Shown: piece after piece, positions 62,105 through 64,000 of the stretch | How the letters are laid out: each line of letters begins with the position of its first letter | How positions within the stretch are numbered: position 1 is the stretch's first letter | Origin: Malacoraja senta | Lineage: Eukaryota | Reading direction: 5' to 3' | DNA: 64,000 nucleotides | NCBI GenBank assembly: GCA_038087875.1 | Contig: CM075988.1 | Span: 25,732,001 to 25,796,000, forward strand | The notes under the pieces: generated by a model | Databases searched by the model: none | What the model was told of the DNA's origin: nothing | Seen by the model: the letters and a program-made list of their open reading frames with translations, nothing else | Position numbers and translations under genes: made by a program

Positions 62105-62420
62105 TGCTTGAAAGCGCGCACCACCAGACTCAGGAACAGCTTCTTCCCCTCTGTTATCAGGCTTCTGAATAGTCCTTCCACAAGGTAGGGTAGTGTCCGA
62201 TTCACCTCTATCACATTGTGGACATTGGACTTTGTCTCTGGGCCTGGTGAGCTACAATGCTGAGAACTATATTCTGCACTCTGTATCTACCCCTTTGCTC
62301 TACCTATTGGACTTGAGTTTGACTGAATGGTATTTATGTGTTGTACATCTGATCTGTATGGATAGCAAGCAGAACAAAAGCTTTTCACTGTACAATGACA
62401 ATAATAAACTTAAATCTAAA
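62105..62420 (+). mobile_element. Rex1-like LINE 3' end
   Basis: LKARTTRLRNSFFPSVIRLLN followed by a 3'UTR and AATAAA. Confidence 0.82.
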
Positions 62421-62475
62421 TATGCCAAAGGGAAATATTTACAGGGATGTGGGAAAAGATCAGTGCAGAGTGACT

Positions 62476-62575
62476 CAGCCTGAATAAGGGTCTCGACCCA
62501 AATCGTTACCTATTCCTTTTTTCCAGATATGTTGCCTGACCCGCTGAGTAACTCCAGCTTATTGTGTCTGCCTTT
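62476..62575 (+). mobile_element. Solo Penelope terminus with 14-bp TSD
   Basis: AGTGCAGAGTGACT at 62462-62475 and 62576-62589. Confidence 0.8.
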
Positions 62576-62721
62576 AGTGCAGAGTGACTGATTGATAGTG
62601 GTGACAATATTGGCATAGGCATGATGCGCTGATGGAACTTCGTGTGCTGTGTGAATCCATGTCTTGCAAACCTCTAGACCCTTTTCTTCCTCATTCTTTC
62701 ACGTCTTCCAATGTCAAGCAG

Positions 62722-62862
62722 CATGAGGACTCCGCGGGTGGCCAGCCCGCCCAACAGGTGGCGTACCTGGAGGAGGAGCGGGTCAGGGTTCTTGCCAACG
62801 TGGATGAACTGAAGCAAAGGATCAAGGAGCTGGACCAACAACTGGAGGAGTCCACTCATGAG
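62722..62862 (+). CDS. PHLDB1: PHLDB1 coiled-coil coding exon, phase 0-0
   Basis: Acceptor tcAAGCAG, donor GAG|GTAGGG; 141 nt. Translates HEDSAGGQPAQQVAYLEEERVRVLANVDELKQRIKELDQQLEESTHE. Confidence 0.94.
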
Positions 62863-62953
62863 GTAGGGGTTTGCTCTCACTCCGGGGCTTGTCTCCAATA
62901 CATTAAATCTGCAAAATTGCTACGTCTTTCAAAGACAGGTTCTCATCGGGTTG

Positions 62954-63167
62954 TGTAGGAAGGAACTGCAGGTGCTGGTTTTAACCGAAGATAGACACAA
63001 AATGCTGGGGGAACTCAGCGGGACAGGCAACATCTCTGGATAGAAGGAATGGGTGGTGAGGTGAAGGAATGGGTGACCCCAAGGGTCCCGACCCAAATTG
63101 TCACCCATTCCTTCTATCCAGAGATGTTGCCAGTCCCGCTGAGTTACTCCGGAATTTTGTGTCTATC
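62954..63167. mobile_element. Penelope-terminus fold-back element
   Basis: Inverted arms; flank duplication TTCT(C/T)ATCG(G/A)GTTG. Confidence 0.8.
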
Positions 63168-63714
63168 TTCTTATCGAGTTGCCAGAGTTGGGTTAAATAT
63201 GGTAAGATTCAGTGTAGAGTCAATGACCATTAATAGGTCACCAGGAAATAAATGGGGGAAGGGATTGGTGGGATTTCTCTGAGAGACACCATGGACTTGA
63301 TGGGCCAAACGACCTCCTCATTGTCACGAGAAAATGTGAGGATTAAATATAACACAGATTAAGATGGGCTGACATTGCTTCACTAAGGGAGTGATGACTC
63401 TTTAGACTTCTCTGGTCCAGTGAGTCTCGGAGGCTCAGTTGCTGAGTTTGGTCAAAACGAGGAGTCGTAGACTTGTCAACATCGAGGGAGGCAACACACA
63501 TGGACATTGTGGTGGGAAATAACACTAAAGAGAAGATCAGCCTTGACCTTATTTGACAGTAGAGCAGGCTTGAAGGGTGCGTTCCTGCTCTTAGGTCCTT
63601 GCGTTCTTTCCAGCAGTGACTGCATTTGACTGGAGCCTGGAATGATGTGTGGGTATGAAAGGCAATTTGCAAATGCAAGATGCTTTTCATCTTGAAACTT
63701 GTTGATGCTCCACA

Positions 63715-63846
63715 GATACTTGATTAGTACGGGTGTCAGGGATTATGGGGAGAAGGCAGGAGAATGGGGTTGAGAGGGAAAGATTGATCTGCTATGATTG
63801 AATGGCGGAGCAGACGTGATGGGCCGAATGGTCTAATTCTGCTCCT
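63715..63846 (+). mobile_element. CR1 3' tail
   Basis: Standard tail ending about 40 nt upstream of the 63888 exon acceptor. Confidence 0.85.
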
Positions 63847-63887
63847 GGAACTCGTGAAGTTCATAATTGCTGCGCTGTTTGTCACAG

Positions 63888-64000
63888 GCGGAGATGGAAC
63901 GAGCGCTGCTTCAGGGGGAGCGTGAGTCTGAGGTCGCTCAGATCCACCAGGAACAAGAGATCATCAATCAGCTGGAGGAGAAGCTTTCCGAGCTTGAGAA
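63888..64000 (+). CDS. PHLDB1: PHLDB1 coiled-coil coding exon (truncated by window end)
   Basis: Acceptor ctgtttgtcacAG. Translates AEMERALLQGERESEVAQIHQEQEIINQLEEKLSELE, matching human AEMERALLQGEREAE. Confidence 0.94.

Overview
This is vertebrate genomic DNA from a cartilaginous fish. The repeat complement (HE1-type V-SINEs, HER1/CR1 tails, Penelope, Rex1) suggests a skate or ray; the taxon is inferred. The window lies inside one + strand gene, PHLDB1 (LL5-alpha). Five coding exons chain in frame with GT-AG sites: 12012-12134, 28045-29627, 60181-60519, 62722-62862 and 63888 to the window end. The gene's 5' and 3' ends lie outside the window. The introns are packed with transposon remnants: tRNA-derived HE1 SINEs, CR1 3' fragments, Penelope GIY-YIG/RT fragments, Rex1/Babar and L1 fragments, Harbinger-type and hAT MITEs, and minisatellites. 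Three leads stand out. (1) An abundant family of Penelope-terminus mini-elements carries a minimal hammerhead-ribozyme core, is often folded back on itself, and is flanked by recurrent 11-14 bp target duplications. (2) Several ATG-started, phase-0 candidate alternative first exons in the 30 kb intron would each splice in frame onto the common ERQRLETIL exon. (3) Inverted SINE pairs flank the 28045 and 60181 exons. No prokaryotic or CRISPR system is seen. Repeat boundaries were read by eye and are approximate.
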